Positions 37,117-46,951 of a stretch of DNA of 49,277 nt are shown one piece after another (positions within the stretch are counted from its first letter, which is position 1; each line of letters starts with the position of its first letter). A program made the position numbers and the translations under genes. The notes below the pieces were generated by a model. The model searched no databases. It was given only the letters and a program-made list of their open reading frames with translations, and was not told where the DNA came from. The DNA is from an uncultured Bacteriovoracaceae bacterium (GTDB lineage: Bacteria; Bdellovibrionota; UBA1018): contig CAYXVB010000003.1 in assembly GCA_964467785.1 (NCBI GenBank), positions 1 through 49,277 on the forward strand. The letters run 5' to 3'.

Positions 37117-40100
37117 GTGCGGCTCCGTGATCTTATTTCGAAAACCCTGATTCTTTGTTGCCTGGCCCTCGACTCTTCGTGGGCGGGGCCGGAGGGCTTT
37201 CTCGGGGGGATGGAGATCGAGCTCGCCGGCGAAGCGCCGCTTGGGAACATCTTGAAGCATTTCACGATCTCCACCTCGAACCGGAAGCGCCTGATCGGCG
37301 CCCTGAGTGATTCTGTCGTTGACGAGTATCTTTCGCCGGAGACTTTGGCGACGCTTCCCTCGGATGTGCAAAGACAGCTGACCGAAGGCCTGAGTTTGGA
37401 CGTGGCGATCGAAAAGAAGGACCCTTCCAAGATCCTGGCCAGGGATGGCAAGACCGAGCTTGCGCCCGCCAAGATTGTCGTCCCTGGGTCCGAAATCAGG
37501 CAAACGCTGACGAATGTTGGCGATCGGGGAGGGCTTTACGTTCCAGGTGCTCCCGCAAAGATGAGTCAAGGCGCCAATGGCCTGATACTTCCGGATTCCG
37601 CGCGGAAGGCGCCGTCCCGCGAAATCGAATTGACGGAAGCGCAAAGAGCCGAGCAGAGATGGACGGAAGTTGCCAGACGGTGGAAAAAGCTGCCGGTATC
37701 GGAGCGCCGGACTTGGATCGATATCGACAAACTCCCCGCGCTTGCTCGGGCCTCGCTTTTCAAAATGCGCCTGATCTCACCCAAGGATCTTTCGATTCGC
37801 CCCGATCTGTCGACTTCCCTTCGGGAGTATCTCTCGAAGCTGGAGTGGGACTTGGATGGTACAGGAGCCCTTGAATTCCGCCACAAAACGCCCGTCTCCG
37901 ACCCGGAGCTGCTCATCAAGGACATTCAGCGTTTCGCGGATCTTGCTGGCATCCGGAAATTTATCGATCATCCGGAGTCTCCGGAAAGCAAGCACTTCGG
38001 TTTCAGCCTGCATTTTCATCTCTCCAGAGGCGGTCGGGACTTCTCGGAGCTTGCTCCCCGGTTGAACGATCTCCGGCTCCTTGAGCTCGCAGAACAGGGA
38101 CGGGGTGAGGCGGCTTTGGGGCGTTTCGGGTACAGCGAGTCGATAATGGGCAAGGGTCTCTATCGGCTCGTCTCCAAGGACCGGATCGAGGCCCGTACTC
38201 ATGTCGAGGATCCCGCCTCGGAGATCAGAGACATGGTACGGCTCATGGAGATGCCGGCAGGCTCAGCTGTCGCTGAAGTGGAGGGAAAGACCCAGGGGAA
38301 ATTCGCCCTGCTCGAAAAGAGGCTCCTGAGCGAAAAATTGGAGAAAGGCTCGCAATGGACTTCTGATGCTTTGATCTTGTTGAAGTTGAAGCCGGATTCC
38401 GCGGCGCTCAATCGACTGGAGTTGTTGACGGCAATGATTGCGGACGAGACTCTGGATTGGACTCTCAGGACCAACGCTTTGAATGGACTGATCAAGAAAT
38501 TCGAAGCCGGCGTGCCAGCGACGAATTTGCCGAAGATCAAGGAACACCTGAAGGCGATGTCGGACGATACGGAGATCTCAACCTACTTTTTCGAGCGGCT
38601 TTCACAGTCGGAATTCGGGATAGAGGGGCTGAGAAGCAATAACGGCGCTTTGTTGAATTGGATGAGAAAGGAGTGGGTTCCTCATCTAAGTTTGGATCTT
38701 CGACGACTGAATTGGGCGTCTCAAATTGCCATCGCCAAGATCATGAACTGGGGGCCCAAGGACCTGCTTCGGACGTTGGACTTGGCAAGGACTCTGCCGG
38801 AGAAGCGGATTCCGCCCGTTCAGATGCCGATATTCAATCAATACGATGCCGAGTTGCTGCTGAAGTTTTGCGGGCCGGACAATTTGGGTGTCTGTGAGAA
38901 ACTCGCATTGGATCACCTCCGGGATACCATCCGCGGCAATATTCGGTATCCCGATCAATTTCTCAGGCACTCGGGAGCCCTTGACCTCCTGATTCGCTTG
39001 AATAGATTTGATTCGCTTACGGATTCAGAATTTGGAAATCTGCTGAGCGCGGCCGCGCGATTCAAGCCCGATTCCGCTCAGCCCATGCTTGACTTCTTGA
39101 GGACGAAGAACGAGGCGGCCCGCGGGACGATTCGAACGATCTTCATGCAGGGTATTCATTTTCTACCGTCAGGCTCGATGGAGAGAAACTCCAGGGAACT
39201 TTTGGTTAACGTCATCATGGAGAATGGCTGGCTTGATGAGGATGGAATCGATTTTGTCGGCAATTATCTTCGTACGCGGTTTGGTCAGTCGATCGCTTTG
39301 AAACTTCCTGCGACCGTCGAGCACTTACTTCTTAAGTCTATTTTCGCTCACGAGAGCAACCAAGAGAGGGCATCGAATGCCTGGGAGATTTTCAAAAGGA
39401 TTGAGTCACCGGAGCAGGCGTCACAGATCGCGCTGATCAAGCAGTGTCTAGTAATGGCGTTTAAGGATTGCGTTCGGACCTATCCCGACATCGAGGATTG
39501 GGCGCGCTCGTTGAAGTCGGTGGACGCTGATCCGGCGCTGCGGGATTTGTTGAAGTTCAGGTCTGACCTTGGCTGGGACCTGGTGATCAAAAGAGGCGCG
39601 TTCTTGGCGGATTTGAATAGGATCGCGGTCATGCCCGAAGCGGAGAAAATCGCCAATCTCACTGGGATCATAAAAGACGTGGGTCGGATCGCGCTAGTAA
39701 ACGTGCCTTACGGCAACTCATTGGAACGAGCGGCGGTATGGGTTCTTCAATCGAATGCCGTGTCGCCTGGGAGCGCGAGCGCGCAGGAGGCGATCCATTA
39801 CCTCGTCAAGACCCATGCGCGCATCGATCTTCCCGAAAGTCAAAACTCTCGCGAGAAGCTCGTCGCCGCGTTGGATTCCTGGTTCGATCATCAGCGGACC
39901 GCTGATCTCGATGCGTCCTTGCCTGATATCGTCAAGAAATTCAGACTCACTCCATCCGAGGTAAAAAGGCTCGAAGTCGGTCAGGCGCTCAATTATCGGC
40001 GCGTCGGAAGCCTTGTTCAGTATTCGGAATTCGAAAAATCCTTGAAGAGTCGATTGACTTCGCGAGAGGCTCTCAGCGATTGGATTTCCCGGCTACAGCG

Positions 40101-40473
40101 GGAAATCATGACTCCGAAATCGGACGACTACTTCATGGATTTGGCCTATCGCTTCCTTCGCGATAACCCGCTGATCGGGAAGGAGGCAGGTCCGCTATGG
40201 GTGGAGTGGCTCAATCGTGATCCCAAGGTGCTGGAATTGCTGGCGCGTACCAACAAGTTCAGACTACTAAAGATCGCATCGCTCCCCGACTTAGCCCACG
40301 AAGGGGATCTGCTTCGAAAGATCTCCGCGGCACTTCGTTTAGCGGGACATGTCCCTGAATCCCAACAGATCCTGGATCGGCTGAATCGAGGCAATTTGGG
40401 TGGACGACTTCAACTTCCGGACGGTTGTCCGGCGGTTTTCAGGAGCTTGAGAAGGATTGCGCCTGGTTCATGA
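37117..40473 (+). CDS. Very large secreted protein (1118 aa): N-terminal amidoligase-like (GS-fold) motifs plus a long helical C-terminal region
   Basis: GTG start. Signal peptide KTLILCCLALDSSWA|GPEG. Ordered motifs are GMEIELAGE, LEWDLDGTGALEFRHKTPVSD, FSLHFHLS and DRIEARTH. The remaining roughly 700 aa look helical. The C-terminus is GCPAVFRSLRRIAPGS. Confidence 0.65.
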   Translation: MRLRDLISKTLILCCLALDSSWAGPEGFLGGMEIELAGEAPLGNILKHFTISTSNRKRLIGALSDSVVDEYLSPETLATLPSDVQRQLTEGLSLDVAIEKKDPSKILARDGKTELAPAKIVVPGSEIRQTLTNVGDRGGLYVPGAPAKMSQGANGLILPDSARKAPSREIELTEAQRAEQRWTEVARRWKKLPVSERRTWIDIDKLPALARASLFKMRLISPKDLSIRPDLSTSLREYLSKLEWDLDGTGALEFRHKTPVSDPELLIKDIQRFADLAGIRKFIDHPESPESKHFGFSLHFHLSRGGRDFSELAPRLNDLRLLELAEQGRGEAALGRFGYSESIMGKGLYRLVSKDRIEARTHVEDPASEIRDMVRLMEMPAGSAVAEVEGKTQGKFALLEKRLLSEKLEKGSQWTSDALILLKLKPDSAALNRLELLTAMIADETLDWTLRTNALNGLIKKFEAGVPATNLPKIKEHLKAMSDDTEISTYFFERLSQSEFGIEGLRSNNGALLNWMRKEWVPHLSLDLRRLNWASQIAIAKIMNWGPKDLLRTLDLARTLPEKRIPPVQMPIFNQYDAELLLKFCGPDNLGVCEKLALDHLRDTIRGNIRYPDQFLRHSGALDLLIRLNRFDSLTDSEFGNLLSAAARFKPDSAQPMLDFLRTKNEAARGTIRTIFMQGIHFLPSGSMERNSRELLVNVIMENGWLDEDGIDFVGNYLRTRFGQSIALKLPATVEHLLLKSIFAHESNQERASNAWEIFKRIESPEQASQIALIKQCLVMAFKDCVRTYPDIEDWARSLKSVDADPALRDLLKFRSDLGWDLVIKRGAFLADLNRIAVMPEAEKIANLTGIIKDVGRIALVNVPYGNSLERAAVWVLQSNAVSPGSASAQEAIHYLVKTHARIDLPESQNSREKLVAALDSWFDHQRTADLDASLPDIVKKFRLTPSEVKRLEVGQALNYRRVGSLVQYSEFEKSLKSRLTSREALSDWISRLQREIMTPKSDDYFMDLAYRFLRDNPLIGKEAGPLWVEWLNRDPKVLELLARTNKFRLLKIASLPDLAHEGDLLRKISAALRLAGHVPESQQILDRLNRGNLGGRLQLPDGCPAVFRSLRRIAPGS

Positions 40474-40495
40474 AGCACCCCGAGCGGCAAGCGAC

Positions 40496-42259
40496 TTACA
40501 TTCTCTCCGGCAGCGGGATCAGTAGCAGGGTGAGTCCCTGCGCCAGAATCCGGCGCGTGGCTTCGACCAGCATCAGGCGCGCGCGAGTGAGCTCGGCGTC
40601 CTCTCCGAGGACCTTGCATTCGCGATAGAAGAGTCCGAAGGCCTGGGTCACGTCGATCAGGTAATGGGCGAGAGCGCTGGCCTTGGCGGTCTTGAGGCTG
40701 CGCTCCAGATGGACCGGGACCATGCCCAGAGTCTTGATGAGTGCGATTTCTTCGTCCTTGGCGAGGCGGCTTGCGGCCGTTTCCGAGAAGAGCGTCTCGG
40801 GCGAGGCCGTGAACGCGCCTGTTTCGCGCGCTTTGCGAAGGATACTCACGCAGCGGGTATGGGCGTACTGGAGATAGGGGCCAGTCTCGCCTTCGAAGTC
40901 CACCACGCGCTCGACGTCGAACTCGACGTCGCGGGCCGGGTCCGTCGAGAGATCGTGAAATACGACGGCGCCGACCCCAATGGCTTCCATGATTTCTTCG
41001 GTGGGTTTCTGGGCGGTGGGATCCCCGGCGACGCGGGCTTCCATCAGCTCTCTGACGCGGTCTTTGGCGATGGCGAGCACGTCCTCCAGGGTGACGAAGT
41101 TGCCCTTGCGGGTCGACATCTTGGCGTCTTTGAAGCGGTAAAGACCGGTCGGAACGTGTTCGCACTTGGAGACCCAGTCGATGCCCATCTTGCGGAGCAC
41201 GCCAAACACCTGCTGGAAGTGAAGCTTTTGCTCTCCGCCCACGATGTAGGTCATGCGGTCAAAGTGGAATTTTTTGTACCGGTAGAGCGCGGCGGCAACG
41301 TCGCGCGTGGCGTAGATCGTCGCACCGTCGGATTTCTGAAGGAGGCAGGGCGGCAGTTCCTTGCCTTCGGAATCGGTGACCGGGACGACCCAGGCGCCTT
41401 CGCTCTCGATGAGCAGGCCACGCGCACGGAGATCGTCCAGCAGGCCCTGCAGTTGGTCCTTGTAATAGGATTCGCCCCAGATGTGGTCGAACTTGACCCC
41501 GAGACGGCCATAGACGCGCTCGAATTCTTTGATCGAGATATCGACGCACTTTTGCCACAGACGCGTCATGTAGGGATCGCCTTTTTCGAGGGCGAGGAAG
41601 GCTTGGCGGGCCTTCTCCTCGATCGAGGGATCCTGCTCGGCCACGGCGTTGATCTTGACGTAGAGGTCGACCAGCTCGGACATGGTCGGCTTGGCATCAT
41701 CCGCGATGCCGAAGTGCTGGAACGCCATGGCGAGCATCCCGTATTGCTTGCCCCAGTCGCCGAGGTGATTGATCGAGGTGACTTGGTAGCCGCGGTAGCG
41801 GCCGATCCGGTCGAGCGCGGCGCCGAGGGCCGTGGGCCTGAGGTGATAGATGTTCAAAGGTTTGGCGACGTTGGGGGAGCTGTACTCGAGCACCCAGCTT
41901 CCACGGGAGTTCGCGGCGAGAGAGCCGTAGGTGCCGTTGCCGGCGCCAGCGAGGAGGTCCTTCATCAGGGCGGCCGAAAGCCTGTCGCGCGGGACGGTGA
42001 AATTGACGTACGGGCCCACGGCGGCGACGGTCAGGCCCTCAGGCAGGGCGCCCTTGGCTCCATATTTGGAAATGATCTCGGAGGTGAGCGCCTGGGCCAC
42101 TTGGGGCGGACTCTTGCGGAACTGCTTGGCAAGCTTGAAGCAAGGGAAGCCGAAATCGCCCATTTTGGGATCAGGAGGGGTTTCCAGATCGGAGGCTTCG
42201 ATGGGGGATTCAAGGACTTGATTGAGGGCTTGGGCGGCCAGGCGGGCAAAACGTTCCAT
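40496..42259 (-). CDS. argS: Arginine--tRNA ligase
   Basis: SSPNVAKPLNIYHLRPT (HIGH-type motif), HLGDWGKQYG, and a C-terminal anticodon-binding DALR-like region ending in Met, as is typical for ArgS. Confidence 0.95.
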   Translation of the reverse strand: MERFARLAAQALNQVLESPIEASDLETPPDPKMGDFGFPCFKLAKQFRKSPPQVAQALTSEIISKYGAKGALPEGLTVAAVGPYVNFTVPRDRLSAALMKDLLAGAGNGTYGSLAANSRGSWVLEYSSPNVAKPLNIYHLRPTALGAALDRIGRYRGYQVTSINHLGDWGKQYGMLAMAFQHFGIADDAKPTMSELVDLYVKINAVAEQDPSIEEKARQAFLALEKGDPYMTRLWQKCVDISIKEFERVYGRLGVKFDHIWGESYYKDQLQGLLDDLRARGLLIESEGAWVVPVTDSEGKELPPCLLQKSDGATIYATRDVAAALYRYKKFHFDRMTYIVGGEQKLHFQQVFGVLRKMGIDWVSKCEHVPTGLYRFKDAKMSTRKGNFVTLEDVLAIAKDRVRELMEARVAGDPTAQKPTEEIMEAIGVGAVVFHDLSTDPARDVEFDVERVVDFEGETGPYLQYAHTRCVSILRKARETGAFTASPETLFSETAASRLAKDEEIALIKTLGMVPVHLERSLKTAKASALAHYLIDVTQAFGLFYRECKVLGEDAELTRARLMLVEATRRILAQGLTLLLIPLPERM

Positions 42260-42307
42260 TTTGACGTTCTTACACCAAGCGGGGGCCGAATTGAACCCGG
42301 CAATTAC

Positions 42308-43516
42308 TCAGTAGCTGGTGTACTGGGACGTTGCCGGGGTCAGGCCGTCAATGTTGATCACGAAGAGCTCGCCCCGATTCGAAACAGCGATGGCTCGTCG
42401 GGTGGCGGGATTGACCCGGACCCCATAGAGCTCGACACTGGAAATCGGCACTTCGGTATGGCTGACCAAAACGGGGTTGGAGATATCGGTCACGTCGAAC
42501 TGGTCGAGCCAGCCCGAATTGATCACCGCGAAGACGTAATCCCGCCCGTTGATCTGGGCAAAGGCCGAGTCGCGGTAGATTCCGCTCGGAAGCTGCTGTC
42601 GGGCGCGGATCTGGACCGAGCCGCCCGAAACTTCAAAAAAAGCCATCCCCGTGCCGCCGGCAAAGGCCTTGAGACGGTTGGCGGATGCCGAGGTGGTCCA
42701 GTACCAGGGTAAGGTGGATCCGTTAGTGATGGGGAAATTGGTGACCTCGGCGCCGTTGGCAGCATCGTAGACATGGATCGGTTCGCCGGTTTTAGAGGTT
42801 GCCGAGATCAACCAGCGTGTCACGCCATCGGAGACGATCGTTCCTTCGTTGACAAAATCCGGCGAGACTCCGGCGACCACTGAGGTGGCCACCACTGAGA
42901 AGGCGAGGGTGCCTTCGTCGAGGCTCAGTTGCTGGGCTCCGAGATTCTGCGCTACGTTAACCGCCGTGGTCGCGCCCGCCTCGAAGAGCTCAAGGCGTCG
43001 CGCTTTATTTAATGCCGTCGACGTAAGTCGGCTCCAGGACAGGGCCAGAGGGTTGCTACCCAGGTCCCAATACTCGACCAGGTTCGCGGCGTAACTCGAA
43101 ACGAGCAGCTTTTTACCCGAGGGGTAGAGCCGGATCCCGAGACAAGTCTGACCGAGCGTGGAGGGAGTCGTGCCCGTGCCGATCGAAGCGATGAGACTTG
43201 GAGCGGCCTCGTTACTGAAGTCGATGGCATAAAAGCATTTGCCTGCCTCGCGAGTGCTCGCATAAGCGACTGAACGGGACCAATCGACATCCAGGGCGAC
43301 CATGCTGTTGCCAGCCGGCGATATGATGGAGCTCTTGGAGACGATCGGTTGCGGTGGTGCGGGGGCTGGGGCTGGGGTGGAGTCAGATGCCGTGGAGCCA
43401 GTGGAGGCTACTTTCTCCAAGGGGTTGATCCGGATGGCGCAGCTTGTGAGGGACTGCGCTCCGAGACAAAGCAGACTGATGGTGAGCTTTACGTGCCGCG
43501 TGTTCATCAATTTCAA
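42308..43516 (-). CDS. Lipoprotein with a beta-propeller-like repeat body
   Basis: Lipobox SLTSC|AI. A Pro/Ala linker (TPAPAPAPPQP). Repeated strand-rich segments. No specific family identified. Confidence 0.55.
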   Translation of the reverse strand: MKLMNTRHVKLTISLLCLGAQSLTSCAIRINPLEKVASTGSTASDSTPAPAPAPPQPIVSKSSIISPAGNSMVALDVDWSRSVAYASTREAGKCFYAIDFSNEAAPSLIASIGTGTTPSTLGQTCLGIRLYPSGKKLLVSSYAANLVEYWDLGSNPLALSWSRLTSTALNKARRLELFEAGATTAVNVAQNLGAQQLSLDEGTLAFSVVATSVVAGVSPDFVNEGTIVSDGVTRWLISATSKTGEPIHVYDAANGAEVTNFPITNGSTLPWYWTTSASANRLKAFAGGTGMAFFEVSGGSVQIRARQQLPSGIYRDSAFAQINGRDYVFAVINSGWLDQFDVTDISNPVLVSHTEVPISSVELYGVRVNPATRRAIAVSNRGELFVINIDGLTPATSQYTSY

Positions 43517-43633
43517 TTATATATATATTGAACAAGGTGAACACCTGTGTCGCCGGCGACATCCCCCTACGGCGATGGGCCTGGAAACCTGCAATTGCAG
43601 TATTCGAGCGCTTCGCGCGATAATCATTGAGTC

Positions 43634-44707
43634 ATGTTTCGGGTGATTCTAGCTTTAGCCTCGTTATTGACTTCCTTTGAGTCTGCATTTGCGGCCGTTC
43701 CGGAGCCCGGCTGCGTGAGCTATTACCGAGAGATTTTTCAGTCGATGCGTGACGACTTTGTCCCGCTCAATGGGGGCTCGCGATTGATTCGCACTTCGTC
43801 CACCCGGAAGAATCTGATTGGCGAGGAGATCGGGCGGCTGCTCTTGTCAGATCACCCCGAAGTCCAAGCCGTGATCGACGAGCTGGCCGAGCTGGGGGGC
43901 GAGTTGCGGCTGCGGATCACCCGCGTCGGATCCTCCGGCATCGAGGTCTCGGGAAGAAGCCATTTTCGCTATGATCCCGAGGACGGGATCCCGGTGATCT
44001 CGGTCGATCCCGGGGTCGACCTCGATATCTTGGATCACGAGGTCCAGCACTTCCGGGACTGGAAGCGGGAAAGGGAGCGCCTGATTCGAAGCGGACTGGA
44101 GGGCGCGAGCCTCGAAAACGCCGTTCGGACAATCTTTTCGACGCCCGAGGAAATACAGAAGTACGAACGAAACGCGGTGGGCGCGCAGCTTCGGAGCCAG
44201 GCACGGAGAAGTCGGGCGCTCTCCACGCGGATGCCCAGACGCAACTCGGCGATCCCAAGCCGGGTCCTTCCTGCGGTGAAGCTCAACGATTTCATCTCGC
44301 TGATCACTTATCCGGAGCGCGAGGCGCTGTTACGGATCCTGGCTCACGGTCAGGGCTCCCCGCGCTTGATCGGTGGCTTGATGGACGAAGCGGTCCGCAA
44401 GGGCATGGCGCTCCGGAAGGCCGCACATCGTCGCGCCTCGGAAAATCTCAAGAGGATGACTGAGAACCAAGTCGGACCGGCCTTGCTGGAGCAGATGGAA
44501 GCGCGGGTCAGCCAGCTATTACGGGAGGATCCGCTCTTTGACGGGATGTTCAACGAGTGGAATATGGAGGATTTCAATTCATACAAGCTTTTGCTCAAGC
44601 AGGAGTTTAATCGCGCGCTCCTGCGTCGAAAGCAATCCCAGTTAGAGAGGGGAGTCCGGCGAGATTCCGCGGGTGAACGGAGTGGCCGCCACCGCTTTGG
44701 CCAGTAG
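43634..44707 (+). CDS. Secreted hypothetical protein with a single HExxH motif
   Basis: Signal peptide MFRVILALASLLTSFESAFA|AVPE. HEVQH occurs in DLDILDHEVQHFRDW. The last 22 codons overlap the convergent glycosyltransferase gene. Confidence 0.5.
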   Translation: MFRVILALASLLTSFESAFAAVPEPGCVSYYREIFQSMRDDFVPLNGGSRLIRTSSTRKNLIGEEIGRLLLSDHPEVQAVIDELAELGGELRLRITRVGSSGIEVSGRSHFRYDPEDGIPVISVDPGVDLDILDHEVQHFRDWKRERERLIRSGLEGASLENAVRTIFSTPEEIQKYERNAVGAQLRSQARRSRALSTRMPRRNSAIPSRVLPAVKLNDFISLITYPEREALLRILAHGQGSPRLIGGLMDEAVRKGMALRKAAHRRASENLKRMTENQVGPALLEQMEARVSQLLREDPLFDGMFNEWNMEDFNSYKLLLKQEFNRALLRRKQSQLERGVRRDSAGERSGRHRFGQ

Positions 44708-45997
44708 ACAGCGGCAGGCCAGGTCGAAGCGCGACTGGACGTCGTAACTCCGCATCACGGAGGCGATCCGACGCGCGGCTTCGCGCGGAGCCGGGTCGCG
44801 GAGCAGGTGTTCGACGGATTCGCGCAGCTCAGCAGGGTCCAGGTCCCAGCTCCGGAACGTGCGGGCGAACTCCTGTCGCGCGAGACCGGACATATGAATC
44901 ACCTGATCGAAATTACGGGTGATGCCGACCACGGGCTTTCCCGCGGCGAGCGCCTGATTGACGGAGGGAGCTCCACCGTTGCAGATCAAGAGATCCGCGC
45001 GCTCGCATGCGAGGTGGCCGGGCAGCGCGCGAGCCCAGTAGACGTTTGGCGCGCGGGTGGCGGGAGGAGTCGGGGATACGACCATCCAGCGAGCCTGGAG
45101 ACCACGAAGGCTGTCTAGGACTTGAGGCACGATTTCCTGGCGGCCGGAGGAACCGAGATTGAAATAGATGATCGGTAGATCGGAACCGAGCTGGTCCCAC
45201 CAGTCGGGGAGTTCGCATTCGGGCGAACCGCTGAGCGGTCCGAGGTAGGTGTGGGGGACTTGAAAGGTCGAGGGAATGGGGAACAATTCCGGGATATCGG
45301 CGAGTGCGAGCCAGTCCGCGTCGACATAGGCGTCGGTGAGATAGCGATAGGGGGCGAGGTGGTGTTTCCGCCGCAGTCGATTGATCCCGCCGGCCTGCTC
45401 TTTGAGCACTCGTTTCGGGATCCAGGTGGGAACCAGGCTGTAGATCCGACTTGCCACGGGATTTCCGAGCGCGCGCAAAAACGGCGACTCGGGCAGTGGC
45501 ATCGTCGACGGATCGAAAGAGCACCAATACGCATTGACGATCCCGAGATAGGGCGTTGCGGCAACCCGGGCGGAAATATTGAGCGAGAGGCGAAAGTCCC
45601 CGATGACCAGCGAAGGGCGGACTCGATTCAGCAATTCCAGGTCCTCGGCGATCTGCCGCGAAAGCAGCGTTTCGTCGACAACGGATTTCGCTCGGTCGAG
45701 CCGGGTGAGAAATTGATCGCTTGATTGGCATTGGATGGGATGAAAGATCAACCCGTGCTTTTCGACCCAGGGCCTAAACGCCTCTGAGGTCGCGAAATGA
45801 ACCGGATGTCCCTGCTTGCCAAGTCTTGCCGCTAAGGTTAGAGGTCTCAAAACGTGGGCAAGGGTGACGGATTCGGCTACAAACAGAGAGTTTTGCGCTG
45901 GATGAGCCATACTGAGCAAGATTTTAGGCCGGGCCGCTTCCCGACCCCAGAGTGGATTCCGGAGCTGTTCGTGAAATTCGTAAAAACAGGCGTTCAT
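44642..45997 (-). CDS. GT1-family (MGT/UDP-glycosyltransferase-like) glycosyltransferase
   Basis: N-terminal KILL..AH..P...LA..L...GH.V.F.T layout. C-terminal donor-binding region ADLLICNGGAPSVNQALAAGKPVVGI. Confidence 0.75.
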   Translation of the reverse strand: MNACFYEFHEQLRNPLWGREAARPKILLSMAHPAQNSLFVAESVTLAHVLRPLTLAARLGKQGHPVHFATSEAFRPWVEKHGLIFHPIQCQSSDQFLTRLDRAKSVVDETLLSRQIAEDLELLNRVRPSLVIGDFRLSLNISARVAATPYLGIVNAYWCSFDPSTMPLPESPFLRALGNPVASRIYSLVPTWIPKRVLKEQAGGINRLRRKHHLAPYRYLTDAYVDADWLALADIPELFPIPSTFQVPHTYLGPLSGSPECELPDWWDQLGSDLPIIYFNLGSSGRQEIVPQVLDSLRGLQARWMVVSPTPPATRAPNVYWARALPGHLACERADLLICNGGAPSVNQALAAGKPVVGITRNFDQVIHMSGLARQEFARTFRSWDLDPAELRESVEHLLRDPAPREAARRIASVMRSYDVQSRFDLACRCLLAKAVAATPFTRGISPDSPL

Positions 45998-46024
45998 TTT
46001 TTACAATAACGCGAGGGTATCCGT

Positions 46025-46951
46025 TTGGGACGGCATGACGATTCACAGTATGAACGCCTCGCCAAGCGAATCGCGGGGGAGGTCGACGTCGATTCGAGTC
46101 GCACCGGTCCCGTATTGGTCGAGCTCCAGAAAAGAGGATTTTCGCCGTCATCCCTGCAAGAAGCGCTATTCGCGCCGCGAATGCCGTTTCGTCCCGCGCA
46201 GCTGCAACGCCTTTCGAACGCGATTCGGATGCGACAGCACTTCTCGGCCCCGGTACTCCGGACCCTGCGCGGGAAGCGGACGCTCGGCGAGGCGGCAAAA
46301 ATTTTGGGGATTCGTAATCTTTCCACGATTCATCATTGGGAATCCGGACGACGGGAGGTCCCCTTCGCGCAATGGCTTAAGGCCGTGGATCGGTGGTCCG
46401 GTCGACTTGACGCTCTTGTGGCGAGCTTGCCGTTCGAGCTTTCGCTTGACGAGCTAGGTTTTGATCCGCTTCCGGCGCGGGCATATTCCGAGTTCTTCTC
46501 GGATCCGTGGACGCCCATGCTGATGCTCTCGCTTCGGTTGCCCATGCTTTCGGAGCTCAAGTCGGCGGAGACGCAGGCTCGATTCCTCTCGAGTCGATTG
46601 GAGCTGCCCTTGTTGAAAGTGGAGACTTCGCTCGATCTCCTGATCCGCCTCCGCCTGGCACGGCTCGAGAGCGGTCGATTGGTTTCCGACGAGGCGCAGC
46701 TCTACGCGATACCGGCGGTTTCACCGGAACGAATCCAGGCGATTCACCGATTTTGGTTCGAGAATTCATTGCGCCTACTCGAAAAGCCGGGTTTCCATAA
46801 GGTGGAACAGCACGCGCTTTCTCGCGAAAGCCGGGATCGAGTTATCGGTTGGATCACCGAGCTACGGGAGAGAATCCGCGAGGAAGTGCGGACTGGCGGA
46901 GACCCGGAAACCTTGATTCACATTAATTGGCAAGTGGCGGAGTTGTTATGA
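46025..46951 (+). CDS. XRE-type HTH plus DUF4423-like regulator
   Basis: The HTH is KRTLGEAAKILGIRNLSTIHHWESGRREVPF. The C-terminal half parallels that of the 36094 gene. The TTG start at 46025 has GAGGG 6 nt upstream but is uncertain. Its stop overlaps the downstream ATG (ATGA). Confidence 0.55.
   Translation: MGRHDDSQYERLAKRIAGEVDVDSSRTGPVLVELQKRGFSPSSLQEALFAPRMPFRPAQLQRLSNAIRMRQHFSAPVLRTLRGKRTLGEAAKILGIRNLSTIHHWESGRREVPFAQWLKAVDRWSGRLDALVASLPFELSLDELGFDPLPARAYSEFFSDPWTPMLMLSLRLPMLSELKSAETQARFLSSRLELPLLKVETSLDLLIRLRLARLESGRLVSDEAQLYAIPAVSPERIQAIHRFWFENSLRLLEKPGFHKVEQHALSRESRDRVIGWITELRERIREEVRTGGDPETLIHINWQVAELL

Noticed and set aside
40664-42712. 682-aa ORF on the plus strand
   Set aside because: It is antisense to argS and to the start of the lipoprotein gene. 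It has no recognisable motifs and a Gly/Ala/Arg-rich composition, so it is a shadow ORF.
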